Below are positions 39,236 to 48,847 of a DNA stretch of 64,000 nucleotides, piece by piece. The DNA is from Planctomycetota bacterium (GTDB taxonomy: Bacteria > Planctomycetota > GCA-002687715 > CAIWVZ01), in assembly GCA_044222185.1 (NCBI GenBank), contig JBGANV010000003.1, positions 672,001 through 736,000 of the forward strand, read 5' to 3'. Both the position numbers and the translations under genes were made by a program. The notes under the pieces are model-generated. The model was given only the letters and a program-made list of their open reading frames with translations. It was not told where the DNA came from and made no database searches. Each line of letters opens with the position of its first letter. Position 1 is the first letter of the stretch.

Positions 39236-39461
39236 TCGATTGACTCGCGGTCGCGCATGACGACCCGGCCTTGTACTCGCACGCGGCTCGGCCGCAACGC
39301 GCGACGGCTGGAATCGCCGTCGAACCGGGTGCCAGGTTTCGGTGAAGCGAGAACGTCGGCCGCACTCGGGCCGTCAATCGGGTCTGTCGATTCGCGTGCG
39401 CGGGGAACCGTGGGTCAGATGCCCGCGGACGCCCGGCCGAAGTGCGATCGGTCCGGAACCG

Positions 39462-41060
39462 TCACTTTCGCGCGGTCGCGCGGCGACCGCACCACGCCGG
39501 GAGGCCGGGCCCCGGTTTGTTCGCAGGGCTCGCGCCGAGCACGATCGCCCAGCAGGCGGTCGTCCAGACTTCGCCGACGGAGACGTCGGTGTTCGTGCCC
39601 ATGCTGATCGTCTCGTGCCACGGCCGCGGCTGCAGCGATCCGTCGGGGGCGCGCGCGAGGATCAGGTCGTTCTGCACGGCCGTCCAGTACTTCTTCTCGG
39701 GCTCGCCGCCGAGAGCTTGCGCGGCGACGCCAGCGAGGAGGATGTGCTGCATCAAGCTCGCGTGTCCGCCGAGGACGTCGTCGATGTGATGCGTGACGTA
39801 GCTCTTCATGCGCTCGTGGAACGGCCGCTCCGTGAGCCCCAGGTTGACGTAGCCGAGCCACGCGCCCGCGCTCCGACCGATGTTGCCGATGCCCTGCTGG
39901 CCCTGCATGGTCGAGTACCCGACGCCGCCGTCGCCGCTGGACGACGCCTCGACGTATTCGGCCGCCTTCTTCACGAGAGCCTCGTCGATCTTGCAGCCGG
40001 CCTGCTTCGCGAGTCCGACCGCGTTGAGCGTGAGCGCCGCCATGATGTTGAGCTCGACGTAACCGAGCGCGTTCTTCGTCTCGCCGGGGCCGTGGCCCCA
40101 ACCGCCGGATTGCACCTGGCTCTTCTGGAGGAACGTCGCCGCGTCCTGGAGTCGCGCGCGCACCGATTCCGATGGCTGCCGCGCGTGGAGTTCACCGAGG
40201 AAGATGCCGGCGTGTGCCCAGCCCCAGTTGTCCTGGTTCCAGTTGGGTCCGTCCTTGGGCATCATGCGGTCGGCAGCACTCTTCGCGTCCACGTTCTTCG
40301 TGACGAAGGAGAGTGCCTTCTTCAGGGCATCGCCCTGTTTGCCCTGTCCCGGCAGGTTTCCAGCCGCAAGCCACGCGAGGCCCGCGAGACTGGCCTGCAC
40401 CACGGCGCCTCCGGTCGCGTTCAGCGTCTCCGGATATCCGCCGTCGCCGGTCTGTCGCGTCGCGAGCCACGCCAGGGCCGCGGCCTGGACACGCGCACGG
40501 GCAGCCGGCTTCGCCATGTCCGCCAGGTCCTTGCCGACCGCCGGCACGCTCACCGTGACGACGCGCGTCTTGCCTGCGGCCTCGACGGTGAGCGCCACCT
40601 TGCCGACGCCCTGGCCGGATTCCGCCTTCACGAGTGCCTGCGCGAGTGCGGGCATGGACGACTTCTCGAAGTTCGCGCCGTTCACACCGACGACGACGTC
40701 GCCGACCTTCAGCCCGGCCTTCGCAGCGGGTCCATCGGGAAGGAGGCACTCGACCCGAAGCTTGACCGGCCCCTCGTCGGCCTTCGGGTCGTCCGCGCCC
40801 GTGGACACGATGCGCCGCGTGCCATTCGTCGGCGCGGCTGGTGGCGGAGCGGCCGCATCGCTGGCCTTTGCGCCGAGGAGTCCCAGGTTCCACAGGTCGC
40901 GGCCTTCGCGCATCGACATGGGATCGCCGTTCGCCGGTGTGGCGAACGGCCACTTGGGTCCGCCCTGTGCCTGCGCGTGGGACGGCGTGACCAATGCGAC
41001 GACGGCAGCCAACGACAAAAGGGCCCGCGCGAGCGGAGTACGTGCGACGGCATGGCTCAT
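39462..41060 (-). CDS. Secreted PDZ plus alpha/alpha-toroid (prenyltransferase-repeat) protein, DUF6288-like
   Basis: WNLGLLGA; PDZ PDGPAAKAGLKVGDVVVGVNG; repeats WLATRQTGDGGY, FLQKSQVQSGGWGH, GDGGVGYS, RAPDGS. Confidence 0.7.
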   Translation of the reverse strand: MSHAVARTPLARALLSLAAVVALVTPSHAQAQGGPKWPFATPANGDPMSMREGRDLWNLGLLGAKASDAAAPPPAAPTNGTRRIVSTGADDPKADEGPVKLRVECLLPDGPAAKAGLKVGDVVVGVNGANFEKSSMPALAQALVKAESGQGVGKVALTVEAAGKTRVVTVSVPAVGKDLADMAKPAARARVQAAALAWLATRQTGDGGYPETLNATGGAVVQASLAGLAWLAAGNLPGQGKQGDALKKALSFVTKNVDAKSAADRMMPKDGPNWNQDNWGWAHAGIFLGELHARQPSESVRARLQDAATFLQKSQVQSGGWGHGPGETKNALGYVELNIMAALTLNAVGLAKQAGCKIDEALVKKAAEYVEASSSGDGGVGYSTMQGQQGIGNIGRSAGAWLGYVNLGLTERPFHERMKSYVTHHIDDVLGGHASLMQHILLAGVAAQALGGEPEKKYWTAVQNDLILARAPDGSLQPRPWHETISMGTNTDVSVGEVWTTACWAIVLGASPANKPGPGLPAWCGRRATARK

Positions 41061-41176
41061 GGGAGTTGAGCCGCCGGCCTGGGATGGGGTTCAGCGTCCG
41101 CAGGGGCGGCCGCGAGACGATACACGGTTTCCGCCGGATCCGGACGACACCCAAGCTCCGCGCGCGCCCGCGAGCG

Positions 41177-42097
41177 TCACTTCCGGAGCGCGAGCACCCA
41201 GCGCTGCCATTCCTTCTGGAACGCGTCCAAGTCCTGCTGCTTCAACACGCTCTTCAGCGTTTCGATGCCCGTGGGGTCGGACTTGCGGTTTTCGAGGCAG
41301 CTCTTCCAGTACGCGTGGAGCAGGCCCTTCTCCTGGAGGAAGTAGAGCAGGTAGCGGGACTGGGCGTAGTTGTCCCCGCGCTTCTCGGCGTAGAACGCGT
41401 CGTTCGCGAGCGAGAACACGTCCTTGAAGCTCGGCAGGCGCCCGGCGTTGATCTCGCGCTTCAATCCCTTCAGGCGCCAGTTGACGAGTCCGACGATCTT
41501 CCCGTCGCGTTCCGCCGACTGCTCGAACAGCGAGGCCAGGCCTTCGTTGAGCCACGCGGGGCAGGTCGGATAGACGGCCCGGACGAAGGGGTGAACGATC
41601 TCGTGGACGAGCGTCCCCCGCCCCGTGGAGATGTTCATGATCAGTGCCTTGTGCGTCGGCGAGTAGTAGCCGAACGGCGTGTCGGGGTCGTCCCCGAAGA
41701 TCTCCTTCGCGTGGCTTCGGTAGCTCTGATCGTCCTTGAACAGCCAGATCTCGATGAGTTCGTTCGGTTCCGCCGAGAAGAACTCGCTCTTCAGATGGTT
41801 CACGGCCCAGCGGACGGCGTAGACGGCGTGGGATTCGACCGACTGGGTTGGCTCGTCGCCGAGGACGACGAAGGGCGGTTCGACGATGACCGTGAAACCC
41901 TTGGGCCCGAAGTGCGCGCGCAGGTCAGCGGCCCGCTTGTCGAGGTCCGTGACGGTCGGCGGCGAGCGCCGGGACTCGGCCCGGTGCGGAGTCGGCACCG
42001 GCCGAGTGTCAGTCGGTGCCCGTCGCGCGGCGCTGAACGTCATCGTCCAGAGCGAGGCGGAGATCACGACGGACAAGAGCACCCTGAGTAGGGTCAT
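41177..42097 (-). CDS. Secreted gluzincin-like (HExxH) protein, DUF1570/peptidase MA-like
   Basis: GTLVHEIVHPF...PAWLNEGLASLFE, NYAQSRYL; signal peptide. Confidence 0.78.
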   Translation of the reverse strand: MTLLRVLLSVVISASLWTMTFSAARRAPTDTRPVPTPHRAESRRSPPTVTDLDKRAADLRAHFGPKGFTVIVEPPFVVLGDEPTQSVESHAVYAVRWAVNHLKSEFFSAEPNELIEIWLFKDDQSYRSHAKEIFGDDPDTPFGYYSPTHKALIMNISTGRGTLVHEIVHPFVRAVYPTCPAWLNEGLASLFEQSAERDGKIVGLVNWRLKGLKREINAGRLPSFKDVFSLANDAFYAEKRGDNYAQSRYLLYFLQEKGLLHAYWKSCLENRKSDPTGIETLKSVLKQQDLDAFQKEWQRWVLALRK

Positions 42098-42378
42098 GGA
42101 GGTCCATCCGGGTGGCCGGGCGGCGGCGAGGGTACCACAACGTGCCTGACGTTTTCGCCGCGGGCGGGTCACAGAACGGCGGCACGCGGGCGTCGTGCCG
42201 CGCACCTCGGCCGGATGAAGGACGCGAGAAGCCGCCGCCGGAACGCCATGAGGATCCGCACGACCGGGTGCGGCGCGCCTTGGCCGGCCTCGCCGACGCT
42301 GAGAACATCCCCGGCCATCGGCTTCTGGCCAAAGTCCCGCGATCGCGGGGGTTTCCATCGACGCCCGCGGCAACGCGC

Positions 42379-43551
42379 ATGACGGACACGCCGCGCATCC
42401 TCTTCCTCATGTCGGACACGGGCGGCGGGCACCGTGCCGCGGCCAACGCCATCACCGTCGCTCTTCGCGACGTCGCGCCGGGCGCGGCCGTCGAGATGAA
42501 GGACGTCCTGGTGGAGGCCGGCCGCTGGCCGGTGAACCGATCCCCCCAGATCTATGCGTGGGGCATGACCCACGCCCGGTGGGTCTGGGGCGCGAGCTTT
42601 CATCTCACGAACGGCCCGCTCCGTGCCCGCTGGATGGGCGAGTGGAACTACCTCCCCATGCGACGGCGCTTGATCGGGCTGATCCGGGACGCGAAGCCTG
42701 ACGTGGTCGTCAGCGTGCATCCGCTGCTGACGCGATCGATCGCACACGCGCTGGAGGCAGGCGACATCCGCGTGCCGTTCGTGATCGTCGTCACCGATCT
42801 CGTCACGGGCCACGCCACCTGGTACGAGCCGGCGGCGACGCGGATCTGCGTCCCGACGCCCGAGGCGCGGCAGGCGGCGATCCGCTGCCACGTGGACCCC
42901 GACAGGGTCCTCGTGACGGGCCAACCGCTTCATCCGCGTGCTGCAGCCGCAGTCGGCGACCGCGAGCCGCTCCGCACGCGCTTCGGGTGGACGCAGCCCG
43001 TCGTACTGCTCGTCGGTGGTGGCGACGGTGTCGGCAACCTCGGCGCGCGCGTCCGGGCACTGGCCTCCCATCGCATCGACGCGCGGCTCGTGGTCGTTTG
43101 CGGTCGGAACGAGCGTCTGCGCTCCGAGCTCGCGGCCGTCGCCTGGCCCATCCCCGTCGACGTCATGGGATTCGTGCAGAACCTGCCCGAACTGATGGCG
43201 GCGGCCGACGTGCTGGTGACGAAGGGCGGACCAGGTTCCGTCATGGAGGGGTGCCTGGCCGGTCTCCCGATCCTCATCTACGACTACCTCCCGGGGCAGG
43301 AGGTGGGCAACGTCGAGCTGATCCGCAGCAACGACGCCGGCGCATTCGTGCCGCGCGTCGAAGACCTCGTCGCGCAGGTGCGCCACCTGATCGCTGCCCC
43401 GGACAGGCGCGCCGCCATGGGGGCGCGGGCGCGAAGCCTTGCGATCCCCGATTCGGCCTACCGGATCGCGCGCGAGGTGATGGCCCAGGTGCGGCCGGCG
43501 CCGACTACGACTTCAGACCCGGGACGCGATCGAACGGCACCCACTCCCTGA
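42379..43551 (+). CDS. MGDG synthase / processive diacylglycerol glycosyltransferase (UgtP-like, GT28)
   Basis: LMSDTGGGHRAAA, PDVVVSVHPL, VVTDL, VGGGDG, VCGRN, MGFV, VTKGGPG, PGQEVGN. Confidence 0.88.
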   Translation: MTDTPRILFLMSDTGGGHRAAANAITVALRDVAPGAAVEMKDVLVEAGRWPVNRSPQIYAWGMTHARWVWGASFHLTNGPLRARWMGEWNYLPMRRRLIGLIRDAKPDVVVSVHPLLTRSIAHALEAGDIRVPFVIVVTDLVTGHATWYEPAATRICVPTPEARQAAIRCHVDPDRVLVTGQPLHPRAAAAVGDREPLRTRFGWTQPVVLLVGGGDGVGNLGARVRALASHRIDARLVVVCGRNERLRSELAAVAWPIPVDVMGFVQNLPELMAAADVLVTKGGPGSVMEGCLAGLPILIYDYLPGQEVGNVELIRSNDAGAFVPRVEDLVAQVRHLIAAPDRRAAMGARARSLAIPDSAYRIAREVMAQVRPAPTTTSDPGRDRTAPTP

Positions 43552-44137
43552 AGGACGAGCACCACACGTGCACCCCGCGCGGAAGAGTCCCCGCGCGGAC
43601 CGAACCTCGGATGAACTCGAGCGCAACCGGGCCGGCATATGCGCTCGGCGTCGCGTAGTACCAACCTTCTTCGGGGAGGGCGGCGGCGGCCGTGGTCGTC
43701 GTGTAGCTCCCGTCCGGACGCGGCGGCTCCGCTGGGGGTGCCGGGGTGCGCGGCGGCGACGATGCGACCGGTTCCATCGGTGCCATGGGGGGTGGGACGG
43801 GTCCCGGGATCGGCGCTCCGGCGGCCGGGTGGACTCCCGGGGGTGGCGGCATGGGCGGGAACGGGCGCGGCGGAGTGGCGTAGGTGCCGTACGGGACCCC
43901 CGTCCCGACCCTCAGGTTGCGACGGTCCGGAACGAGAAAGAGGAGCGCGAGCCCGATCCAGGGCAGGAAGAACCCGATGAAGAACCACCCGAGGGACGAC
44001 CGCCCGCGCGACGAGGCGAAGACGGCCGAGAGGATCCCGCTGACGAGAGAGGTTCCACCGAGAACCAGTTCGGGACCCGAGGCGTGAAGGCCGCGGGACG
44101 ACACACAGAGCAACGGAAACATGGCGTCCAATGGCAT
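43505..44137 (-). CDS. Membrane protein with Pro-rich linker and C-terminal GYF_2 (DUF4339) domain
   Basis: TM segment ASSRGRSSLGWFFIGFFLPWIGL; C-terminal WYY....GPV......VRAGTL...VW......WVPFDRVPGL. Confidence 0.75.
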   Translation of the reverse strand: MPLDAMFPLLCVSSRGLHASGPELVLGGTSLVSGILSAVFASSRGRSSLGWFFIGFFLPWIGLALLFLVPDRRNLRVGTGVPYGTYATPPRPFPPMPPPPGVHPAAGAPIPGPVPPPMAPMEPVASSPPRTPAPPAEPPRPDGSYTTTTAAAALPEEGWYYATPSAYAGPVALEFIRGSVRAGTLPRGVHVWCSSFREWVPFDRVPGLKS

Positions 44138-44278
44138 CTCCGCAACGACATCCGGCTGATGATGGCCGGACCTGACGAGGGGACCCATACGAGCACGCCC
44201 GGTGAATCTTCCGGGCGGTTTTGGACGTGAGCGGCTCGTTCGCGGGGGTCCGCGCGCGCCGCGCGGTGCGGCGGGGCG

Positions 44279-44300
44279 GGCCGGGGGACGGCCCCCGGCC
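44279..44300 (-). terminator. GC-rich hairpin downstream of glutamine synthetase
   Basis: GGCCGGGGG-ACGG-CCCCCGGCC, a 9-bp perfect stem about 20 nt after the stop; no clear U-tract. Confidence 0.45.
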
Positions 44301-44319
44301 ACGCCGGATCCGACTGGCC

Positions 44320-46512
44320 TCAGTGGATGAAGAGGATCTCGCGGTACTTGGGCAGCGGCCACAGATCATCGTCGACGATCAGTTCCAGGCTGTCGCAGGC
44401 CTCGCGCACCTTCTGCATCGCCGGGATGACGACGTCGCGGAACGTGAGCGCGTGCTCTTTCAGGCCGCCGTGGTGGGCGTCGGCCTTGTCGGAGGCTTCC
44501 TGGAGCCCTTCGACCGCCGTGATCAGCGCGCCCAGACGATCGGTCACGGTCTTCAGCAGACGCTCCTGGGCGCGCCACTCTCCCCCTGCGTTCAGGCCGC
44601 GGAGCGCGGTGAGATTCGCCGCGAGGCGTCCCTGGAACGTGAGCGCAGCCGGAAGCACGTGACTCTGCGCGAGGCCGAGCGCACTCTGGGCCTCGATGGC
44701 GATCGCCTTGCAGTAGGTCTCGTACATGATGTGGCCGCGGGACTCGACCTCACGCCGCGTGAGGACGTTCTGCGCCTCGAACAGCGCCACGTTCTTGTCG
44801 GAGGAGAACTGCCCGACGGCGTCGACCGTGTTGCGGAAGTTGGGCAGCCCGCGCCGCTCGGCTTCCTGGTGCCACTCGGTCGAGTAGCCGTTGCCGTTGA
44901 AGATGATCCTCTGGTGCTTCTTCAGCGTCGCCTGCACGACCTGCTGAACGGCCGCCTCGAGACCGACGCTCGCCTTCAGCTTCTCGATCTCGTTCGCGAG
45001 GTAGCTGAGCGAGTCGGCCGCGATCGAGTTCAGGACGATGTTCGGGTACGCGATCGACTGGCCGGAGCCGACGGCGCGGAACTCGAACTTGTTCCCCGTG
45101 AACGCGAACGGCGACGTCCGGTTGCGGTCCGTCGCGTCACGCGGCAGTGGTGGCAGCGTCGTGACTCCGAGGGTCATGGTCGCCTTGCGGCGATCGCCTG
45201 CGGGGGACGTGCCTGAGATGATGTTCTCGACGACCTCGGTGAGCTGCTCGCCGAGGTAGATCGAGATGATCGCTGGCGGGGCTTCGTTCGCACCCAGACG
45301 GTGATCGTTCCCCGCATGAGCGATGCTCGTGCGGAGCAGGTCGGCGTGCATGTCGACCGCGCGGATCACTGCCGTGAGGAACACGACGAACCGCATGTTC
45401 TGCGCCGGGGTGCGCCCCGGCTCGAGCATGTTGTCGCCGTAGTCCGTCGCCAACGACCAGTTGTTGTGCTTGCCCGATCCGTTGATTCCGGCGAACGGCT
45501 TCTCGTGCAGGAGGCAAATGAAGCCGTGCCGCTGCGCGACCTGACGAAGGACCTCCATGGTGAGCATGTTGTGGTCCGTCGCGATCGTCGTGCGCTCGAA
45601 GATCGGGGCGAGCTCGAACTGGGAGGGTGCAACCTCGTTGTGACGCGTCTTCGCCGGAACTCCGAGCTTCCACAGCTCGCGCTCGACTTCGTGCATGTAC
45701 GCGAGGACGCGCGGGCTGATCGACCCGAAGTAGTGATCCTCCATCTCCTGCCCCTTGGGCGGACGCGCGCCGATCAGCGTGCGCCCGGTCGCCACGAGGT
45801 CCGGTCGAAGAAGGAAGAAGTCGCGATCGACGAGGAAGTACTCCTGCTCGGCGCCGACCGTCGGATTCACCGACTTGACCTTGTCGTCACCGAGAATGCG
45901 CAGGAGGCGGACCGCCTGCTTCGAAAGCGCCTCGCCGCTGCGGAGCAGCGGAGTCTTCTTGTCGAGAGCTTCGCCCGTCCAGGAGCAGAACGCCGTGGGA
46001 ATGCACAGCGTCGCGCCGTTCTCGCTCTCGCGGATGAACGCTGGCGACGTGGGATCCCACGCCGTGTAGCCGCGCGCTTCGAACGTGCTGCGCAGGCCAC
46101 CAGACGGGAACGACGAGGCGTCGGGCTCGCCCTTGATCAGCTGCTTGCCCGAGAACTCCAGCATGAGGCGGCCGCCCGAGAACGCCACGAACGAGTCGTG
46201 CTTCTCGGCGGTGAGGCCGGTCATGGGCAGGAACCAGTGCGTGAAGTGCGTGGCGCCGCGCTCGAGCGCCCATTCCTTCATGGCATTCGCCACGATGTCG
46301 GCGAGCGCCGCGCTCATCTCCGTGCCACGCTCGATCACGTCGCGGAGTTCCTGGTAGGCCCGTTCGGGCAGGCGTTGGCGCACCTCCTCGTCGTTGAAAA
46401 CGTTCCTGCCGAAAAGCTCGGAAAGAGTCTCTTCCGTGTAGTGGACCTTCGTGGCGACGGGCTTCTTCGCCACGATGGCCTGAACGGCAGCACGACGGGC
46501 CTGCGCGGACAT
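44320..46512 (-). CDS. glnA: Glutamine synthetase type III
   Basis: [101 protein letters not shown]. Confidence 0.97.
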   Translation of the reverse strand: MSAQARRAAVQAIVAKKPVATKVHYTEETLSELFGRNVFNDEEVRQRLPERAYQELRDVIERGTEMSAALADIVANAMKEWALERGATHFTHWFLPMTGLTAEKHDSFVAFSGGRLMLEFSGKQLIKGEPDASSFPSGGLRSTFEARGYTAWDPTSPAFIRESENGATLCIPTAFCSWTGEALDKKTPLLRSGEALSKQAVRLLRILGDDKVKSVNPTVGAEQEYFLVDRDFFLLRPDLVATGRTLIGARPPKGQEMEDHYFGSISPRVLAYMHEVERELWKLGVPAKTRHNEVAPSQFELAPIFERTTIATDHNMLTMEVLRQVAQRHGFICLLHEKPFAGINGSGKHNNWSLATDYGDNMLEPGRTPAQNMRFVVFLTAVIRAVDMHADLLRTSIAHAGNDHRLGANEAPPAIISIYLGEQLTEVVENIISGTSPAGDRRKATMTLGVTTLPPLPRDATDRNRTSPFAFTGNKFEFRAVGSGQSIAYPNIVLNSIAADSLSYLANEIEKLKASVGLEAAVQQVVQATLKKHQRIIFNGNGYSTEWHQEAERRGLPNFRNTVDAVGQFSSDKNVALFEAQNVLTRREVESRGHIMYETYCKAIAIEAQSALGLAQSHVLPAALTFQGRLAANLTALRGLNAGGEWRAQERLLKTVTDRLGALITAVEGLQEASDKADAHHGGLKEHALTFRDVVIPAMQKVREACDSLELIVDDDLWPLPKYREILFIH

Positions 46513-46612
46513 GGCGTCTCCCTGGGCCGGACCTCACAAATGAAAACGCGCGCGAACCCCGGTCTGGCATCTGTTGAGGTCGCGCGGCACGCGCGGCTTT
46601 CGCGCGTTGGCG

Positions 46613-46629
46613 CGCACTTTAGGTGCCGA
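46613..46629 (-). promoter_or_regulatory. Candidate sigma-54 (-24/-12) promoter of glutamine synthetase
   Basis: Minus strand TCGGCACCTAAAGTGCG has GG-N10-GC spacing, close to TGGCAC-N5-TTGC, about 100 bp upstream of the start. Confidence 0.5.
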
Positions 46630-46810
46630 CTGTCGATCGGACCAGCCGTCCCGGCGAACTGCGCGGGAACTAGCGTTCGACCGCAGCCGGAGATCGGCTT
46701 GCGGCAACGAGTAAGGCCTCGTGCGCGTCCGTTCTGCACGATCCGTCCACGGGCATCGGTCGTGCATTCTCATCGGCGTCGCGGGCGAAGCGTGCGGCGG
46801 CCACCGACGA

Positions 46811-48289
46811 TCACGGCTCGATGGGCGTGATCTTCATCGACCAGTGGAATCGATCGAAGTAGACGTTCTTCCCATCGCACTCGACCTCGCCGCGCTGGAA
46901 GTCGACGGTGTCGCTGCGAAGCGACGGCTTGGGCGGATTCAGCGGGACGCCGTGATCCGAATTCGCGATCAAGCGGAAGTGATCCAGGCCGCCGAAGTAG
47001 AAGTCGCGAACCTTGCGTCGCGAGGCGTCGTCGAGCGTCGCTGCGTAGACGGCCATGTAGGGATCGACCGGACACCAGCCTTGTCCGTCGATCCACATCT
47101 CGGCCCAGTCGTGCATGGTCTCGTTGCCCGGCCACGGCGCCCAACCAGATTGCCACCGCGCGGGGATCCCGTTCATCCTGCAGAGCGTGATGAAGAGCAA
47201 CGCCGCCTCGCCGCAATCGCCGTAGCGACACGCGACGACCTTCTCCGGGATGCACGGGATCGTGGAGTACTCGCGCGCGAAGCTGTATTTCACCTCATCG
47301 CCGATCCAGTCGTAGATGCGGCGCGCGAGCGCTCGCTTGTCCGCCGTGCCCTTCGCGAGTTCTTCGGACAGGGCCCGGATCGGCGAGGAGAACACGACGT
47401 GGGGCGGGGCCTCGGCGAGGAACCGGGCCCGCTCCGCATCGGAGATTGGTGCCACCGTCCGATCCTTGCCGGCAAATGGAGCGACTGCCCGCGCCGTGTA
47501 TCGATAGGTCGCCGAGAACGTCGTCTCCTCGTCTTCGACTGCGGGGCGTTCCATGTAGAGCGCGCGCATGGGGGCGTCGACGGGCTCGACCCCGTAGAAC
47601 ATGGGCGCCGTCTTCATGACGACGCCCGGCTCCTGGTGAGGCAGCGCTCGCGGGAAGGGCATCCAGCACCGTACCGTCTTGCCCTCCGGCGTCGCCGATG
47701 GATCGACACGGATCGTCATCGACACCTCGTAGGTCGCCGGCAGCACTTCGCGGCGCCCCGTCCGCTCGGCCTCCTGGGCGACCGCGTCGATGTGGGCGAG
47801 GATCCGCCCCTTGAGCGTGTCCGGAGCTGGGTGCACGCGGCGCGCCGCGAGCTCCGGGTAGCGGAAGAAGAGGTTGCTCCGGCTGCTGTTCGCGTATCGG
47901 CGCTGACCGTCGATCATGCGCGCGTCGAATCGGCCCTCCCGATCGAAGCGGTCGAATTCCTCGGCACTGAAGTCGCGGACGGCGTCCTTCAACTGCGCGA
48001 GGAGGTCGTCGCGCGTGAGCTTGTAATCGCCCCGGATCCGCCGCACCACGTCGAGATCGTCCTCGACGCTCTTGCGCATCCCGGCTGGCGCGTGGGCGCC
48101 GACGGCATCGAGCCACGCCTGGCCCTTGACCTCGGCCTCGCGGAAGGCGCCGGTTGCTGCGATCTCCACGATCGCCGGTCGCGTCGGTCGTGACTCCTGT
48201 CCGTGCGCGACGGTCGAATGGACGACGAGACAGGCGAATGCGATCGCCGCGCTCCGGGCCAGGCGCGTCGCGAGATGAGGAACGGCCAT
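46811..48289 (-). CDS. Secreted transglutaminase-like domain protein
   Basis: Catalytic triad motifs GDCGE, HDWAE, WCPVDP; LCRMNGIPARW; DFQRGEVE; signal peptide ending AHG-Q. Confidence 0.88.
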   Translation of the reverse strand: MAVPHLATRLARSAAIAFACLVVHSTVAHGQESRPTRPAIVEIAATGAFREAEVKGQAWLDAVGAHAPAGMRKSVEDDLDVVRRIRGDYKLTRDDLLAQLKDAVRDFSAEEFDRFDREGRFDARMIDGQRRYANSSRSNLFFRYPELAARRVHPAPDTLKGRILAHIDAVAQEAERTGRREVLPATYEVSMTIRVDPSATPEGKTVRCWMPFPRALPHQEPGVVMKTAPMFYGVEPVDAPMRALYMERPAVEDEETTFSATYRYTARAVAPFAGKDRTVAPISDAERARFLAEAPPHVVFSSPIRALSEELAKGTADKRALARRIYDWIGDEVKYSFAREYSTIPCIPEKVVACRYGDCGEAALLFITLCRMNGIPARWQSGWAPWPGNETMHDWAEMWIDGQGWCPVDPYMAVYAATLDDASRRKVRDFYFGGLDHFRLIANSDHGVPLNPPKPSLRSDTVDFQRGEVECDGKNVYFDRFHWSMKITPIEP

Positions 48290-48369
48290 CGGGATCGTCT
48301 CCAGGCCCGTGAACCCGTCGCGGGCGCGGCGCAGTCTACGCCGAACGCTCGCGTCTCACCTGCTCACGC

Positions 48370-48810
48370 GGAACGCCACGCGTTGCGCGGCTGGTTCGCA
48401 GGGCTCCGGCCCTGCCGGCACCGCGAACGGCCGTCGGCGGTGCAGCCTCATGCGATGCAGGGCAGCGGGAGTGGCGGAACGCCGTCATCATTCCCGACAG
48501 CGCTCGAGCGCTGCCGTCCGGCCAGGCGAAGCCTGGCGCTCCCGCTCGCGGAACGCCACGCTTTGCGCGGCTGGTTCGCAGGGCTCCGGCCCTGCCGGCA
48601 CCGCGGACGGCCGTCGGCGGTGCAGCCTCATGCGATGCAGGGCAGCGGGAGTGGCGGAACGCCGTCATCATTCCTGGCAGCGCTGGAGCGCTGCCGTCCG
48701 GCCAGGCGAAGCCTGGCGCTCCCGCTCGCGGAACGCCACGCTCTGCGTGGCTGGTTGGCAGGGCTCCTGCCCTGCCAGCACAGCGAACGGCCGTCGGTAT
48801 CGCACCCTCA
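48370..48810. repeat. Tandem array of 180-bp REP/BIME-like units (2 full, 1 partial)
   Basis: GGAACGCCACG starts at 48370, 48550 and 48730 (period 180). Ends match the 211-bp array and the element at 13311. Confidence 0.92.
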
Positions 48811-48847
48811 TCCGACGCCGGTCGACGTGGCGCTTCGGAGAACCGGA

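Noticed and set aside
43505-43551. 47-bp convergent overlap of the glycosyltransferase and GYF_2 genes
   Set aside because: A low-complexity C-terminal tail overlap, ordinary in GC-rich genomes.
46640-46720. Hairpin CCGCAGCCG...CGGCTTGCGG as a glnA riboswitch or tRNA
   Set aside because: No cloverleaf or recognisable glutamine-riboswitch consensus, and it lies upstream of the candidate promoter.
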